Of a stretch of DNA of 64,000 bases, positions 63,285 to 64,000 are shown piece after piece. The DNA lies in assembly GCA_039932815.1 (NCBI GenBank), contig JBDTPG010000001.1:8956-72955 (forward strand), written 5' to 3'. Under the pieces are notes generated by a model. The model ran no database searches, was not told the DNA's origin, and saw only the letters and a list, made by a program, of their open reading frames with translations. The DNA comes from Caldimonas sp. Its GTDB lineage: Bacteria; Pseudomonadota; Gammaproteobacteria; Burkholderiales; Burkholderiaceae_C. Position 1 is the stretch's first letter. Each line of letters opens with the position of its first letter. A program made the translations under genes and the position numbers.

Positions 63285-63641
63285 CTAGCGGCGCAGCGGT
63301 CGGCGCGCGCTGCGTGCGAACAAGCGGCGCTCCGCCGCTTGCGACTCGAGCTGGCGCGCGATGCTGCCACAGACCAGGTCGCAGAGCTTGTAGACCGAGT
63401 CGTCGGCGATGCGGTAGTAGACGCTGGTGCCGCGGCTCTCGCGCGCGACGAGCCCGTGCCGGGTCAGGTAGGCGAGGTGCCGCGAGACGTTGGCCGAGGT
63501 GAAGCCGCAGCGCTGCGCCAGCTCGCCGACGTTGAGCTCGCCGTCGCGCAGCAGGTTCAGGATCTGCAGGCGCGTCGGCTCCGCCAGCGCCTGGAAATAG
63601 GCCGCCACCTGATGCAACGCCTCGGTCGACAAGCCTTCCAT
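63285..63641 (-). CDS. ArsR/SmtB family transcriptional regulator
   Basis: FQALAEPTRLQILNLL...NVGELA...SANVSRHL...VYYRIAD...LCDLVC. Confidence 0.93.
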   Translation of the reverse strand: MEGLSTEALHQVAAYFQALAEPTRLQILNLLRDGELNVGELAQRCGFTSANVSRHLAYLTRHGLVARESRGTSVYYRIADDSVYKLCDLVCGSIARQLESQAAERRLFARSARRPLRR

Positions 63642-63703
63642 TCCTGCGCATTCCCTCGAAAGGTCGAGATGATGCCCGATCGTCATCTGCTTCCAATGGT
63701 TTG

Positions 63704-63732
63704 TTGACTATTTAGCTACTTGGTTAAATAAT
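63704..63732 (+). promoter_or_regulatory. sigma-70 promoter overlapped by a probable ArsR operator
   Basis: TTGACT-N17-AATAAT; inverted repeat TATTTAGC-N6-GTTAAATA at 63709-63730. Confidence 0.65.
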
Positions 63733-63786
63733 ACATCAACGCCTGCTCCACGACAACCTGTGCCAACGCGGTCCTTACCAGCCACC

Positions 63787-64000
63787 ATGCCGGTCCATCC
63801 CCAGACCCATTGCGATCCGGCGCGCACGCGCGGGAAGCTGGCGCTCTTCATCGCCCTGGCGTCGGCGCTCGTCGGCGCCTTGCTGTCGGCGTTTCCTGCG
63901 CAGGCCGGCGAAGCCCCGCGCGCCGACGGTGCCGGCGTCGAGCTCGAGTGGGTCGCAGTGCGCAGCGGCGGCGCCACCGAGGCCGTCGCCTTCGACGGCA
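63787..64000 (+). CDS. 5' fragment of an exported protein, possibly an efflux periplasmic adaptor; runs off the window edge
   Basis: MPVHPQTHCDPARTRGKLALFIALASALVGALLSAFPAQA...AVAFDG; signal/TM segment; divergent from arsR. Confidence 0.5.
   Translation, partial: MPVHPQTHCDPARTRGKLALFIALASALVGALLSAFPAQAGEAPRADGAGVELEWVAVRSGGATEAVAFDG

Overview
GC-rich (about 70%) betaproteobacterial DNA, Burkholderiales-like (Rubrivivax/Caldimonas-type) by gene content. I found no rRNA, tRNA, CRISPR array, transposase or integrase. The window has three blocks. (1) 1-6.5 kb: a stand-alone sigma-54 module (rpoN paralog, PAS hybrid kinase, NtrC-type activator) beside topoisomerase IB, a small Pro-rich ORF and an internally deleted recQ, with three -24/-12 promoters, one of them in front of rpoN itself. 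(2) 6.7-19.3 kb: an NhaD-like permease, a Nudix hydrolase and an orphan catabolic cluster (enolase-superfamily dehydratase, HcnABC/opine-oxidase-like flavoenzyme, Dpp-type ABC importer, a second FAD oxidoreductase). (3) 19.4-63.2 kb: a ~44 kb low-oxygen/dormancy island with about 17 FNR/FixK boxes. It holds cbb3 oxidase ccoI-S-N-O-Q-P-G-H, six universal stress proteins, a beta-CASP nuclease, Pat acetyltransferase, phaB/phaC, mgtA, an Rv2004c-like kinase, a MacAB-like exporter, an L,D-transpeptidase, Hsp20, BON, two HtrA proteases, a host-attachment protein, DksA/TraR and a 2OG oxygenase, plus its own FixL-like hybrid kinase, OmpR-type regulator and FixK-type regulator. The most unusual observations are a single-domain ornithine-carbamoyltransferase derivative lacking its catalytic residues at the head of a FixK-box operon, several start codons lying exactly at the predicted FixK-dependent +1 (leaderless), and the self-promoted sigma-54 stress module. 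Scattered 1-bp indels and deletions suggest long-read assembly errors. All calls come from motif recognition by eye; no searches were run.
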